From Tolypothrix carrinoi HA7290-LM1 (GTDB taxonomy: Bacteria; Cyanobacteriota; Cyanobacteriia; Cyanobacteriales; Nostocaceae): a DNA stretch of 64,000 nucleotides. Under the pieces are notes generated by a model. The model did not search any database, was not told the DNA's origin, and worked only from the letters and a program-made list of their open reading frames with translations. Shown here in pieces: positions 10,045 to 20,376 of this stretch. The translations under genes and the position numbers were made by a program. The stretch's first letter is position 1. Every line of letters begins with the position of its first letter. Where the stretch lies: contig JAHHIK010000009.1 of assembly GCA_019358935.1 (NCBI GenBank), positions 32,001 to 96,000 of the forward strand. The letters run 5' to 3'.

Positions 10045-11034
10045 ATGGAAACATTTAAATTAGAAGTAGATGTAGCACGCTCTTTTAAATCAAGATTTAT
10101 CAAATGTAAGTTAGTCTTGCTTGCTCTAATGTGGATGCAATATGATGAAGACCAACACGGAGATGGAAGTGCTAATTACTCGTCGCCTTTATTTGTAGAC
10201 AATTCCGAATGGTGGGATAGAAATGGTGGTTCCGATGTCGAACATTTTAGAAAGGTATCTAATACAGCTCGAATTGGTGCTTGGGATGAGGTGATGTCAC
10301 TTTGTTTGGTAGACCTTCTTTCTCCCAACCCAACTTGCTTGCATGATGCTTCTTATTCTGCTCTTGTGGCAATTCTCATGCATCTTGTAGATAATGAGCT
10401 TGAGGGAAGATTTATCAACTCTACCGACCAATATTTTGCTCGCAAGATCGCTTATCAAAGCTTAAAAACTTTGGGTGAGAAATATTTTATTGGCACAGAT
10501 AGTTTTTCTCTAACTGGAATTGAGGACGGAGATCCTTTGATGTGGGGGTTGGCGCTACATTATCTTGCGCTTGAGGTTGTAGCTATAGGTGATTTTGGTA
10601 TGGCGAATAGCGATATAGATGAAGAGGGAATTGAAGATTTCCTGGACAATATGGATGATGTTGAAAGGGCTGAGTTTAACATTCAACTTGGGTTTCTGCC
10701 AGATGGTTATTTTCAGGTCTTGCCCTATGTTGAAAAATGGACTGACCGCACCGCAGTTTTATCAAGATTAATCCATAGGATAGTGTATTACATATTTGTT
10801 GGGCATGGGTATGATGCTAATTGCCTTAACGAGATAATGTCGATTCCGTTTAATTCTCGCGTCCCCACTACTTTTCAATCGTTGTTGGTTGCTGCTGTTT
10901 ATCGGGTTGGTTATTTTATAACTAATAGGGGTGTTGAGGAATGGCAGGAAAGTAGAAACTGGTTTTTATGGGAGGCTTTTTCTAATTTATTACCCTTCTA
11001 TAACAGGGGTAGAAAAGATGCTGCGGAATTGTAG
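10045..11034 (+). CDS. Hypothetical acidic protein
   Basis: 329-aa open frame; no recognised motif; the only plus-strand gene in the replication block. Confidence 0.65.
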   Translation: METFKLEVDVARSFKSRFIKCKLVLLALMWMQYDEDQHGDGSANYSSPLFVDNSEWWDRNGGSDVEHFRKVSNTARIGAWDEVMSLCLVDLLSPNPTCLHDASYSALVAILMHLVDNELEGRFINSTDQYFARKIAYQSLKTLGEKYFIGTDSFSLTGIEDGDPLMWGLALHYLALEVVAIGDFGMANSDIDEEGIEDFLDNMDDVERAEFNIQLGFLPDGYFQVLPYVEKWTDRTAVLSRLIHRIVYYIFVGHGYDANCLNEIMSIPFNSRVPTTFQSLLVAAVYRVGYFITNRGVEEWQESRNWFLWEAFSNLLPFYNRGRKDAAEL

Positions 11035-11123
11035 GAAAAAATCAGGTTGGTTTAACCAATCCTGATAATACTTTGCTTGATTTATAGTTGCACAGCTATA
11101 ACTGCATGATAGCTGTTGGTTGT

Positions 11124-11786
11124 TTAAAAAAGTGATAATTGGGGATTATTTTCCTCTGTAGATTGATTGTTTAAGAGGGGTTTTTGCTTAAGCTTTTTAC
11201 CCCATTCGTTACTTGCACCCTTTACCACATAAGCGCGGATATCGGTGGCGAGAGTTTCATAATCATGCTGAATTTGTTTGTAATTGATTGGCGTTATACC
11301 AATACTTTCCCAAAGTTTATCGTAATCATAATTTGGAAATGGTTTGTGTTTGGAGAGAGTAGTATGTGAAGCCCAAAGGTATACGTTTGTCCACTCCCAA
11401 GATAGTGGAACTTCAAAAGTAATTGGCATTATTACAGCAAGCACTTCGCTTGGCGTAGCAAGTTTCCCTACCTCACCTTTATCTACCTCCTCTAGGATTG
11501 TATCTAGTCTGTCAACTACAATTGCTTGCCACACCCAATTAGGAATAGCATCCCTCCATTCTCGCCGACCAGTGATTGTGGGACCAGCTAGATATTTAAT
11601 TAATTGTGCATCCACCTCTGCTAGTTCTAACAAACAGGCGAATACCTTTCTATCCATACCCATGCTGGCTAGAATCTTAAGCATTTTTTGAATATTTGGA
11701 GTTAGTATTTTTTCTCCTTTTAATTTACTATTTTTGATTGTTTGTTCAATATCAAACAGGCTTTGTTGTTGCATTTTAACCTCCAT
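11124..11786 (-). CDS. Hypothetical protein with clamp-binding-like motifs at both ends
   Basis: N-terminal QQSLF and C-terminal PQLSLF*; directly downstream of holB. Confidence 0.7.
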   Translation of the reverse strand: MEVKMQQQSLFDIEQTIKNSKLKGEKILTPNIQKMLKILASMGMDRKVFACLLELAEVDAQLIKYLAGPTITGRREWRDAIPNWVWQAIVVDRLDTILEEVDKGEVGKLATPSEVLAVIMPITFEVPLSWEWTNVYLWASHTTLSKHKPFPNYDYDKLWESIGITPINYKQIQHDYETLATDIRAYVVKGASNEWGKKLKQKPLLNNQSTEENNPQLSLF

Positions 11787-11847
11787 ATAAAAAGCCGTCA
11801 GCTAATTATTACTAGCTGGCGGCTGCCTTCATCTTTTGGGGATTTTT

Positions 11848-12660
11848 TTAGCGCAAGAGTAGGTTATCCCATACGTTTCTAGGTGATACGTGACATTGAA
11901 ATTGTTCTCTTGCTGTCGTAAAGAAAGCGAGCAATCCCGTCTTTTTAGTCTTTTCCCACCATCTTGTCTCTAAGTAGGTGAGTAATAAAGCTTGGGTTGA
12001 TTTATCCTGTTTACTTGTCCAATTACTCACTTCTAGGGCTGTAATTACATTTTTGGGAGGTACTTGCAGTTGGTCGAGTATGCTTTCTGGTATGGAATTT
12101 AACAGACTGTGGAATGCGATCGCACGACCAGGACTGCCTAAACAAAGTTCGAGTATGTCTTGATGGAGGTAGATTTTATGGTTTTCCAGAATAGTTTTTA
12201 GTTCATCAATAGGTAGTTGAGCAAATGGGATTATTTGACACCTACTTTTTATGGTAGGCAGTATATTCTGGGCTTGGGATGTAATGAGGATAAATATTCC
12301 TTTTCCTGGTGACTCTAAGATTTTAAGTAAGGCGTTGGCGGCGTTTAGCGTGATACTGTCGCAGTCGTGGATAATTACTATTTTGCGATCGCCTTCAATA
12401 GGAGAGGTTGAAAGGAAGGCGATCGTTTCCCGTACCTGTTCTACTCCGATAGTAGAATTGTCTTCTTGCGGACGCACTTCCAGCATATCTGTGGTGCTAC
12501 AGATGTAGTCAGCAAATAGTCGGGCAGTTTTGGTTTTACCTACCCCTTCGACGGTGCTGGTAAATAGGTAGGCGCTTGAAATTTGATTTTGGGCAATCGC
12601 ATTATTTAAGATTAGTTTTGCGGTATGCTGCCCGATTATCTCGTTAAAGAGGTTGTTCAT
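11848..12660 (-). CDS. holB: DNA polymerase III clamp-loader delta-prime subunit
   Basis: AYLF..GVGKT, AANALLKILESP, TIKSRCQ, GSPGRA; ATGA overlap with holA. Confidence 0.9.
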   Translation of the reverse strand: MNNLFNEIIGQHTAKLILNNAIAQNQISSAYLFTSTVEGVGKTKTARLFADYICSTTDMLEVRPQEDNSTIGVEQVRETIAFLSTSPIEGDRKIVIIHDCDSITLNAANALLKILESPGKGIFILITSQAQNILPTIKSRCQIIPFAQLPIDELKTILENHKIYLHQDILELCLGSPGRAIAFHSLLNSIPESILDQLQVPPKNVITALEVSNWTSKQDKSTQALLLTYLETRWWEKTKKTGLLAFFTTAREQFQCHVSPRNVWDNLLLR

Positions 12661-13610
12661 AGGGTGCAGATTTTGATGATGGTGGGGGTGAAGTTGTCAA
12701 TGCCAGACTTGAGTTCACCTTCAAGTTGGATTAGTGCTACGAGTATTTGTTTGAGTTTAACGACGCTTACAGCTTCGACTTCTTTTTTGAGGAAGTACAG
12801 CCTTTTGGGGTTGCTGAGTTCGGCGAGTGTTGAGATTTTATTGTCGGGCAGTTTTTCTTCTACCCCAGCTTTCGTAATTAACCAAGTGCGGAAGTAACTT
12901 ATGAGGGTGGCGACTATTTTAAGAGGGTGTTCATCCTCAACTAGTAGGCGGTGGAGTATTTGTCCTGCTGTATCGGCTCTACTATTTTTAATGGCGTGGG
13001 CGAGTTCGGTACAACTGATATTGTTGTTGCTTATAAGTGACTGAACATCTCCTAACTCCAATTTTTGCCCCTGAGCGTAGATAGCAAGTTTGGTTAATTC
13101 GCTATCGAGCCGTGCAGTATTGTTTCCAATTGCCTCCACTAGATAGGTAGTGGCGGCGGGGACAAGCTCTAAGGAATGGGTTTTTACTGCTGCTTGAATT
13201 AGTTTTTCTATTCCTTGTTTATCCCAACTGGGGATGAGAGGAAATTCTTCAACTTCGGCGTGTTTGAATAGTGCTTTGACGACTTTGCTTCTACCATCAG
13301 GTTTCCAAAGTGAGGTAATTAAAAGTAGGTTTGGAGTAGGTACTTTGTCAAGATTTTTTAAGAGTGAGGAAATTATTTCATCCGAACATTTATTGAATAT
13401 TGTCCCATCTGTAATGTGGACAATTTTTCCACCTTCCCCCAAGGGAACTGTCATTACCTCTGTTATTGCCTGGGGTATTGCTGCTGCTTTGTTATCAACT
13501 CGAATGTAGTTGAAGATTTCCCACTCTTGGGTAGTAAAATCTTTAATTAATTCTTCCACCCTTTTTGATATTGAGTGGATATCTTCCCCATAAATTAATT
13601 TTACTGGCAT
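12657..13610 (-). CDS. holA: DNA polymerase III clamp-loader delta subunit
   Basis: LIYGED, KPDGRSK, GNNTARLDSELTKL, EHPLKIVATL and NPKRLYFL match cyanobacterial HolA. Confidence 0.9.
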   Translation of the reverse strand: MPVKLIYGEDIHSISKRVEELIKDFTTQEWEIFNYIRVDNKAAAIPQAITEVMTVPLGEGGKIVHITDGTIFNKCSDEIISSLLKNLDKVPTPNLLLITSLWKPDGRSKVVKALFKHAEVEEFPLIPSWDKQGIEKLIQAAVKTHSLELVPAATTYLVEAIGNNTARLDSELTKLAIYAQGQKLELGDVQSLISNNNISCTELAHAIKNSRADTAGQILHRLLVEDEHPLKIVATLISYFRTWLITKAGVEEKLPDNKISTLAELSNPKRLYFLKKEVEAVSVVKLKQILVALIQLEGELKSGIDNFTPTIIKICTL

Positions 13611-14088
13611 GGGTATCTTGCTAAATGTTTATATATAAGTGCGTTAGCTAGCAAGTGGTGGTAAATAAATTTTCAAGTTATTGATATTTGTAGTTAGTCA
13701 TTATTTCTCCTGTAAATTAGATGGTTAAATTTAATTTTTACAAATTTTATCAATTCGATTCTTTATCATTAGAGTTATTTTAATTAACTTATTTATCCCT
13801 AAATTCATTATTTATAACTTTTGACTGGAGTCTATAAAAAATTAACGCTTGATTTTAATTTTGATGCTATTAGATAACATCCTAGGCTGAAGAGAAGACT
13901 CGCAATTAATGTAAGTACCGCAATTCTAACTAGCGACATTGCGAATAAATCATCTAAATTTTTATAAACTAATCTAGGATTATTATTTCCTATTGGAGTT
14001 ATTATCCACATTACTTTTTGTATATTTAGTGTGAAAAATATTACCACAGACTTATTAATTAGGCTGTAGTAATATCATTTTTATCCTT

Positions 14089-14874
14089 TTATAGGATTCC
14101 CTTGTTGCCAACCGATTGTATATCAACTTTACTTTGGTTGACATCTTGAACTGAATTTATAACTTGCTGAGTACCGTGATATTTGCGCCAGCCATCTAAG
14201 TCGCTTAGGTATTGCAACAGCGCAGATGGACCAGCTACCTGATATAGCGAGATGGCTGATTCCCACTCCCGAAAATTTGCTTTTTTATCGTTGAGAATTT
14301 TGATAATGGCACTGGGAAGTTTGTATCGAGTGCCACTATTTAAATTAATGTGCGGTGTGGTTTCTAGAAGTAGTTCCTGTTCGGATAGGGGTACACCGCC
14401 ATCTTTAAGATTTATCTCGTTTAGTTGGGCAGTTATACCTGAGAGAGGTAGGGTTTGTTGGGTTATACTGGCGACTAATATTTTCTGTTTAGTCTTCCTA
14501 GATTTGACAACTACAGGGTTTTTGGGAATGGGTATTAAGTAGCTTTGTGGAAGTTCAAGTGATAGCTGTTCTTTGAGTCGGTAGGGTAAGGTTTGTTTTT
14601 GGGCTGGGGTAATCTCGTAGGAGAAATTGGCTGTTTGTCTGGGGTCGCCAAACTTTCGGAGTTTGATTCTTACCTTGTAAGATATACTTCCTTGAATGAG
14701 TGTATGACTGTCAATAACTGTAGGTATACTATGTTCCCACCATACAATTTCAACAACTCGGTCGCCGTCTAATGAGTTATAGACATTGGTTAATCTGGCG
14801 TAGGGCTTTACTTCAAGGAAGTTATTTAACCACTTGCGTTGTTTTTTGTTGAGCAGTGATAATTTTTTAGCCAT
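14089..14874 (-). CDS. Hypothetical protein directly downstream of the family-B polymerase
   Basis: 261-aa ORF starting 2 nt after the polymerase stop; internal EQLSLEL. Confidence 0.65.
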   Translation of the reverse strand: MAKKLSLLNKKQRKWLNNFLEVKPYARLTNVYNSLDGDRVVEIVWWEHSIPTVIDSHTLIQGSISYKVRIKLRKFGDPRQTANFSYEITPAQKQTLPYRLKEQLSLELPQSYLIPIPKNPVVVKSRKTKQKILVASITQQTLPLSGITAQLNEINLKDGGVPLSEQELLLETTPHINLNSGTRYKLPSAIIKILNDKKANFREWESAISLYQVAGPSALLQYLSDLDGWRKYHGTQQVINSVQDVNQSKVDIQSVGNKGIL

Positions 14875-14876
14875 TG

Positions 14877-16691
14877 TTAGAAAAGAGTCAGTTGTTTGCC
14901 GCTGTTTAGCATTTTAGGGTTTGCAATTTGCAGGATTTCTACTCGTTTTTGGGCGAGTAATTTGATGTAATACTGTGATGAATACTTTTGTAGGCTGTTG
15001 ATGTCTGTTACACCCAGAATGCTGTAATAATAAGTCACGACATCTCCGGGTTTTCCAAGTTTGAGAAGTTCTTTTTCACCCTCTTTAATTCTGCGAGTAA
15101 TGCACAAGTTTTCTTTTGGATATTCCCTTGATAAAATATGGGATAAAATGTGGGTGTAATACTCTTCTGCTGCTGATATATCTTGGATTAGGAGAGTTAA
15201 ATACTGAATGGAAAACTCTTTCTCTAGTTGCGAGCGATCGCGATTGCGCCAGTTGCCTTTGGTGATGATTTTCCCGTGCGGAAGCCATAGGAGGTAGTTT
15301 TTGGTTCCTCTTTCCGGGATAAACATCGCCGAAGCGATAAACTCTAGTTTGACGGTTATCCCTTCAGGCAGTTGAGATTGAAGTAAACAATGTATCTCTT
15401 CTGGATTGGGGTGGGTGAAAAACACCCCGTCAGTGTCAACTTCCACGGGAGTACCCCCTTCATAAGTGATAATTTCAATCATGAGTTTGAGTACCTTTCT
15501 GCTGTAGGCTGTCACCAAAGCCGCAGCCTCCATATCGTTGAAGGCGAGTTCAGATGTGCCGAAGAAGCCAAATTCGGAGTTAGCTAGAACTTTGACAGAT
15601 TCTCTCTTCTCCTTGGCAGCAATATTTCCACTAGATGCAAGTTGTTCCAGTCTAGATTTTTCATTCACCAGATATTGCAGGATACTTAGCCCAATACGTT
15701 TTGTATCTTTGATTGAGCAAATACCCTTGTCTAGCATTGCCCAAGGGTGCATTGAGCTAATATCTGCATATCCGACCTTTCTATACAGTCCAGGGATAGA
15801 GTAGGCCATGCCTCCCTGGAATTTGTACTTGCGATCGGGTTTGGGTTTATAGCCTGGATAATGATGCTCAAATATTCGCTCCCACTTGGTACCATTACCA
15901 GCAAGTGCTAGCTGCTGGAGATTCATTTCCGGTACAATTAGTGCTTCGTAATAGTATGACGGTACAAGTCTGTTAGCAATTAACTGCGTGTCTTCGAGGT
16001 CGTACACAAGATACTCTTTTAGCCGTTTCCATCCCTTACTGTTGGGGCCATCTTTCCAACAAGCGAGGATTTCCTCATAAGGAAGAACCAGTCTGGTGTT
16101 TTGGCGCAGTCCCATGTCCAATACAGCTTTTTTGAGCGACCTTCCGTTGGTTAGCTTTTTGGTGACAAAATCCCACCTGAGAACGCAGATGTAAACGTCT
16201 ACATGCTGGCTATTTTGGACAAATACCTCCCGAATTTTTAGCGGTTCGCCTCGTACCTTGGCAGTTCGGATAGTCCGAGATTTGGATGCAATTTTAAATG
16301 GGTGTTTTATACCATGCAGGTTGGATCTAGTGATAATGAATGGAATGTCAAATTCCATCCCGTTGTAGGTGAAAATTACATCTGGATTTTTCTTCTTTAA
16401 GTGATTGAAAAAGTCTGTGATAGTTTGTGCTTCTGAAATATTCATAAAAACAGTAGGATATCCCATTTCATCCATACACCCGATGGCATAAATGCGATTT
16501 TCAATTGGGTCTATACCTGCTGTTTCAATATCGACAAATAACTGTGAAAGTTCCTGGTATGGCTTGAGTTGTACTTGCGGTTGCCAGGGTTGAATTGGAG
16601 TGGGGTCTTTCCAATAAATGTCTAGTTTATCTTCATCGACAATGATTATACCCCTAGATTTTTTGACAAAATCCCTGTGGTTATAACTCAT
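14877..16691 (-). CDS. polB: Family B DNA polymerase with a 3'-5' exonuclease domain
   Basis: Exo I VDIET, Exo II YNGMEFD, Exo III YLVYD; polymerase motifs DISSMHP, KVLANSEFG, VDTDG; C-terminal KQLTLF. Confidence 0.9.
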   Translation of the reverse strand: MSYNHRDFVKKSRGIIIVDEDKLDIYWKDPTPIQPWQPQVQLKPYQELSQLFVDIETAGIDPIENRIYAIGCMDEMGYPTVFMNISEAQTITDFFNHLKKKNPDVIFTYNGMEFDIPFIITRSNLHGIKHPFKIASKSRTIRTAKVRGEPLKIREVFVQNSQHVDVYICVLRWDFVTKKLTNGRSLKKAVLDMGLRQNTRLVLPYEEILACWKDGPNSKGWKRLKEYLVYDLEDTQLIANRLVPSYYYEALIVPEMNLQQLALAGNGTKWERIFEHHYPGYKPKPDRKYKFQGGMAYSIPGLYRKVGYADISSMHPWAMLDKGICSIKDTKRIGLSILQYLVNEKSRLEQLASSGNIAAKEKRESVKVLANSEFGFFGTSELAFNDMEAAALVTAYSRKVLKLMIEIITYEGGTPVEVDTDGVFFTHPNPEEIHCLLQSQLPEGITVKLEFIASAMFIPERGTKNYLLWLPHGKIITKGNWRNRDRSQLEKEFSIQYLTLLIQDISAAEEYYTHILSHILSREYPKENLCITRRIKEGEKELLKLGKPGDVVTYYYSILGVTDINSLQKYSSQYYIKLLAQKRVEILQIANPKMLNSGKQLTLF

Positions 16692-16804
16692 GAACTAGAG
16701 ACTTTTCTAATTGTGAATGAAAGATTTTTCGCGTTCAGGATATATTGCAATACTTGTGGGTACTGACTGAGGAAGTATTCTATATCTTTAATACTGGTAA
16801 TCAT
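16688..16804 (-). CDS. 38-aa small ORF overlapping the polB start
   Basis: MITSIKDIEYFLSQYPQVLQYILNAKNLSFTIRKVSSS*; its TGA overlaps the polB ATG (ATGA). Confidence 0.4.
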   Translation of the reverse strand: MITSIKDIEYFLSQYPQVLQYILNAKNLSFTIRKVSSS

Positions 16805-17288
16805 TAACTCTTTATTTTATTCGCACTAGTTAATAATTGGATACTCTAGATTAGAATACTTCAGATTAAAAATAATTTTAATATCAGAATACACCCCATG
16901 ATTTTAAATTTTACTACGTAACAAGAGGAAACTAAACTTATAAACTTATCTAGACTATTTATATTTATAAGATTATGTTTATTCATACTAACTTTAATTA
17001 AGATTATTACCTTTATGGCGTATGCTTGTGCCGTGGTTAACCTCGGTCGCAAAATATTTATAATATTTTTATTAAAGAAAAACCAATTGCTTATCCAATA
17101 CATATACTGATGCTATTGGTTTAATTTTAATATATTTACTGTTTTGCTATTATTATCGTGAAAAAATACGTACTTGAATGGGAAAAGAGAAAAATTATGT
17201 TTAAATGTTAAGCCCAAAAATAAAAAAAATTAATTAAAAAGTTGAAACCTCTTTTAATTGCCAAAACTAAAAGAGGTTTTAACTTATG

Positions 17289-17519
17289 CTATGCTTGTTG
17301 GCTGTTGTTCAAGTATGCTTGAAATCGTTGGACTATGGCTTTGATTTCTTGTGCAGCTAGTACAGCAGCGAAAGTATCATTTGCTAGTTCTTGGTTAATA
17401 AACATCCCATGTTCATTTTTAGGACTTTCTTCGATTTGTCCTCCTGCATCATTTTCAATTTGTTCTCCTAATTCTTCTAAAGTTTTTAATTGTTGTTGAA
17501 ATAATTTGCGATATTCCAT
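17289..17519 (-). CDS. Small hypothetical helical protein
   Basis: 76-aa ORF co-oriented between dnaX and polB, followed by a hairpin. Confidence 0.55.
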   Translation of the reverse strand: MEYRKLFQQQLKTLEELGEQIENDAGGQIEESPKNEHGMFINQELANDTFAAVLAAQEIKAIVQRFQAYLNNSQQA

Positions 17520-17627
17520 GTATTTAACAAAGAAATTGTAAGTTGTATAATATTAAGAGCGTTAGCTATAGCTGCGGTTTTATTTGAACTAATAACTAAC
17601 TCTCCCTAATCAGGGAGAGTTGCTATT

Positions 17628-18917
17628 CTAAGCTTGTTGCAGTTGTGTTTGTTGCAACTTTTGAATAACTTCCACCCACACTAAGGCTTTCTTTCCATTA
17701 ATGGGTGTAAGCTTTTGCCAGTGTTCCTGTAACTGTGTCTGCGATAAGTGGGGTAACTGTTCTTTTGCCCAGTTAATTGCGTCTTGGGCAGTTTTCCAAT
17801 CCTTCCAGGGTTGAGTTTGGGAACTATTCTTTGTGGTTTGAACTATCTCGATAATGGTAGCTTCCATCCACAAGTGCGCGTTTTCATCTCGCATAAGATT
17901 TTGACGTGCCATCAGGAGTGCGATCGCACTGTGGATGTGGTTAACGCTCCACGATTTGGAGATTGTTGTAAGGGAATTCCAGGTTTCCTCTTCGAGTTGG
18001 GTAATATTTCTGCCATCGGGGTTGGTTTTGCAGACAAGCAGGTCTTTTAGAAAGCTGACAAGGCTTGTGTGGATGGTGATTGGGTGCTTGCCGCATTCAA
18101 TCCAATTTTGGAGAATGCCTAAATTGCCTGTAATTTGTCTAAGAGTGATATTTTCAAAGAAAGTGACTAAATCGTATTCGGGGATAATACCCGATAGTTC
18201 CCATACCCAATTGGGAGTGATTTCTCCTTCTCCCAGCAAGGTTAGTTGGTCTAAAAGTTTGAGTGAGTCGCGCAAGTGTCCCTTGTTTGTTTTGGCGACG
18301 GCTGTTAATGCTAGCGGATTGATATTTATACCTTCCTGGTGGGCAACTTTTTCTAGGTAATTTACAACTAGTGAGAGGGTAACCCTTCTAAAATCGAACT
18401 TTTGGCAGCGGGAGGTAATAGTTTCTGGGACTTTGTGTACCTCGGTGGTACAGAAGATGAACACAACATGGGCTGGTGGTTGTTCTAATGTTTTGAGTAA
18501 TGCTTGCCACGATTGGTGGGAAAGGGCATGACATTCATCTATTATTAGGATTTTGTACCTACCCTCGATTGGTTTAAGTTGAAGGTTGGATACCATCTCG
18601 CGGATGTTATCTACACCAGAGTGGCTGGCGGCATCAAGTTCGGTTACATCGAGAGATGAGGAGTGGGAAATAGTCTGACAAGAATTGCACTCGCCACAGG
18701 GTTCGGTTGTTGGTTCCTCTGTTGATTGACAGTTGAGAGATTTGGCGAGAATGCGCGCTGTAGTCGTTTTACCCGTACCCTTGGGACCGGTAAATAGATA
18801 GGCTGGGGCAGTCTTTTTGAGCAAGATCGCATTATTCAGGGTGCGTACAATATGTTCTTGTCCGACTATTTGTGAAAGTTGCTGGGGGCGATACTTGAGA
18901 TGCAGTGGTGTGTACAT
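17628..18917 (-). CDS. dnaX: DNA polymerase III clamp-loader subunit gamma/tau
   Basis: LKYRPQ, GPKGTGKTT, zinc module C..PCGEC..C, ELDAASHSGVD, IIDECH, TITSRCQ. Confidence 0.95.
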   Translation of the reverse strand: MYTPLHLKYRPQQLSQIVGQEHIVRTLNNAILLKKTAPAYLFTGPKGTGKTTTARILAKSLNCQSTEEPTTEPCGECNSCQTISHSSSLDVTELDAASHSGVDNIREMVSNLQLKPIEGRYKILIIDECHALSHQSWQALLKTLEQPPAHVVFIFCTTEVHKVPETITSRCQKFDFRRVTLSLVVNYLEKVAHQEGININPLALTAVAKTNKGHLRDSLKLLDQLTLLGEGEITPNWVWELSGIIPEYDLVTFFENITLRQITGNLGILQNWIECGKHPITIHTSLVSFLKDLLVCKTNPDGRNITQLEEETWNSLTTISKSWSVNHIHSAIALLMARQNLMRDENAHLWMEATIIEIVQTTKNSSQTQPWKDWKTAQDAINWAKEQLPHLSQTQLQEHWQKLTPINGKKALVWVEVIQKLQQTQLQQA

Positions 18918-18987
18918 ATTTGAGAAAGTCAAATTTTCTAAATGGATTTGTGTATAGCCAGTAAAAATGCTGGCTATACTTGTTGGT

Positions 18988-20304
18988 CTATAAAGCTGCT
19001 GTTTCTACTGGTTTTGCTTCCTGCTTGCGCTTGCGGGATTTTGACTTGCTGGTGCTAGCTGTATCAGACGGGGATGTTTCTGTTATGCTGGTTGTTTCAT
19101 TAGATACCTCTTGTTCGGAAATATCTACTGTTTCACTTTCTGGCTTGGAAGTGGTGGCAAGATTTTCTGGTTTATCGAAATCTTGGACGTCTACGGGCAT
19201 AATTAGTGTTAATTGGTCGAGCAATCCACCTACAGGAGAAATGATGACTGGTTGGAGGGGTTTGTTAAATCTGAATAGGATTTCATCGGTTGAAATGTGT
19301 TTGAGTGCTTCTTGTAGATAGCTACTGTTTACCCCAATACCGATGTTTTCCCCTATACTGGTTTGGGTTTTCATAAGTAAAGAATCTACCGCATCGCCAA
19401 TATCAGTATTACCTGTCATTAATGTTGCTTGTTGATCGTTCACCTCCCACAGGATTTTAACAATCTTGTGTTTTTTCTCTGCGAAATGGCTGATTCTTTT
19501 GAGAATAATTTCCATACCCTTGCGCTCTACAATTAGCTCGTTGGCAAAGCTTTTAGGTATAAGGTTGTTGATACGGGGAAATTCTCCTTCTAACAACCTG
19601 GATGTCAGTTCGGCATTTGGCAAGATAAACTGGATGGTGTTGTTTGCGACTTTGAGCGTACAACTGTTATTTTCGGCTGTTGTCGCCAAGATTTTTGCCA
19701 ACTCGGTGAGGCTTCTTCTAGGGACTGTGAATGATAGTGGTTCGTAGTTTCGCTCCAGCTTGGAAGATACAAACGCAAGGCGGTGTCCGTCGGTGCTGGC
19801 GCAACTCCAATTTTCACCTTGTAACTGAAAATGTACGCCTGTGAGGATGAGTTTGGTTTCGTCTGCGCTGCTGCAATACAGACAAGCTTCCAAGGCAGCT
19901 TGTAGCTTCTTGCTAGGAATGCTGATTTCGGTAGGGTTTTCTGTTTGTGGGATGCTTGGAAAATCTTCTGGATTTCCTCCTATAATACGACATTTTCCCG
20001 TGCTGTGGCTGATAACACAGGCGCGATCGCTTACTTCAATGTCCAGTTCGCCGCTTCCTAGATTGTTAACTGTATCGACTAGTAGTTTGGCGTTTAAAGC
20101 GACTACACCTGAGCGTATAATATTAATTATCGCTGTAGTTTTGATACTTACATTCAGGTCAGTACCAATGACGGTAAGTCTGCCCGAATCCGAGGCTTCG
20201 ATTAACAAACTTCCGAGTATAGGGTCTACTGGTTTTGTGGATATGCCGTTTTTGGCTGTTTCTAAGAGTTCCGCCAGTACAGATTGAGTAATTATTAGTT
20301 TCAT
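18988..20304 (-). CDS. dnaN: DNA polymerase III beta sliding clamp with a C-terminal extension
   Basis: PILGSLLIEA, GTDL, STDGHRLA, SRLLEGEFP, LIMPV, then a 67-aa low-complexity tail. Confidence 0.95.
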   Translation of the reverse strand: MKLIITQSVLAELLETAKNGISTKPVDPILGSLLIEASDSGRLTVIGTDLNVSIKTTAIINIIRSGVVALNAKLLVDTVNNLGSGELDIEVSDRACVISHSTGKCRIIGGNPEDFPSIPQTENPTEISIPSKKLQAALEACLYCSSADETKLILTGVHFQLQGENWSCASTDGHRLAFVSSKLERNYEPLSFTVPRRSLTELAKILATTAENNSCTLKVANNTIQFILPNAELTSRLLEGEFPRINNLIPKSFANELIVERKGMEIILKRISHFAEKKHKIVKILWEVNDQQATLMTGNTDIGDAVDSLLMKTQTSIGENIGIGVNSSYLQEALKHISTDEILFRFNKPLQPVIISPVGGLLDQLTLIMPVDVQDFDKPENLATTSKPESETVDISEQEVSNETTSITETSPSDTASTSKSKSRKRKQEAKPVETAAL

Positions 20305-20376
20305 GGTGTATTTTGCCAGGGCATGATTTGTAAAGTGCTAGCGTGTTAACTAGCACCCTTGAAGTTTTACAAATGG

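Noticed and set aside
13832..14047. Small membrane protein ORF (similarly 16861-17103)
   Set aside because: Very AT-rich DNA yields hydrophobic spurious ORFs, and there is no supporting motif.
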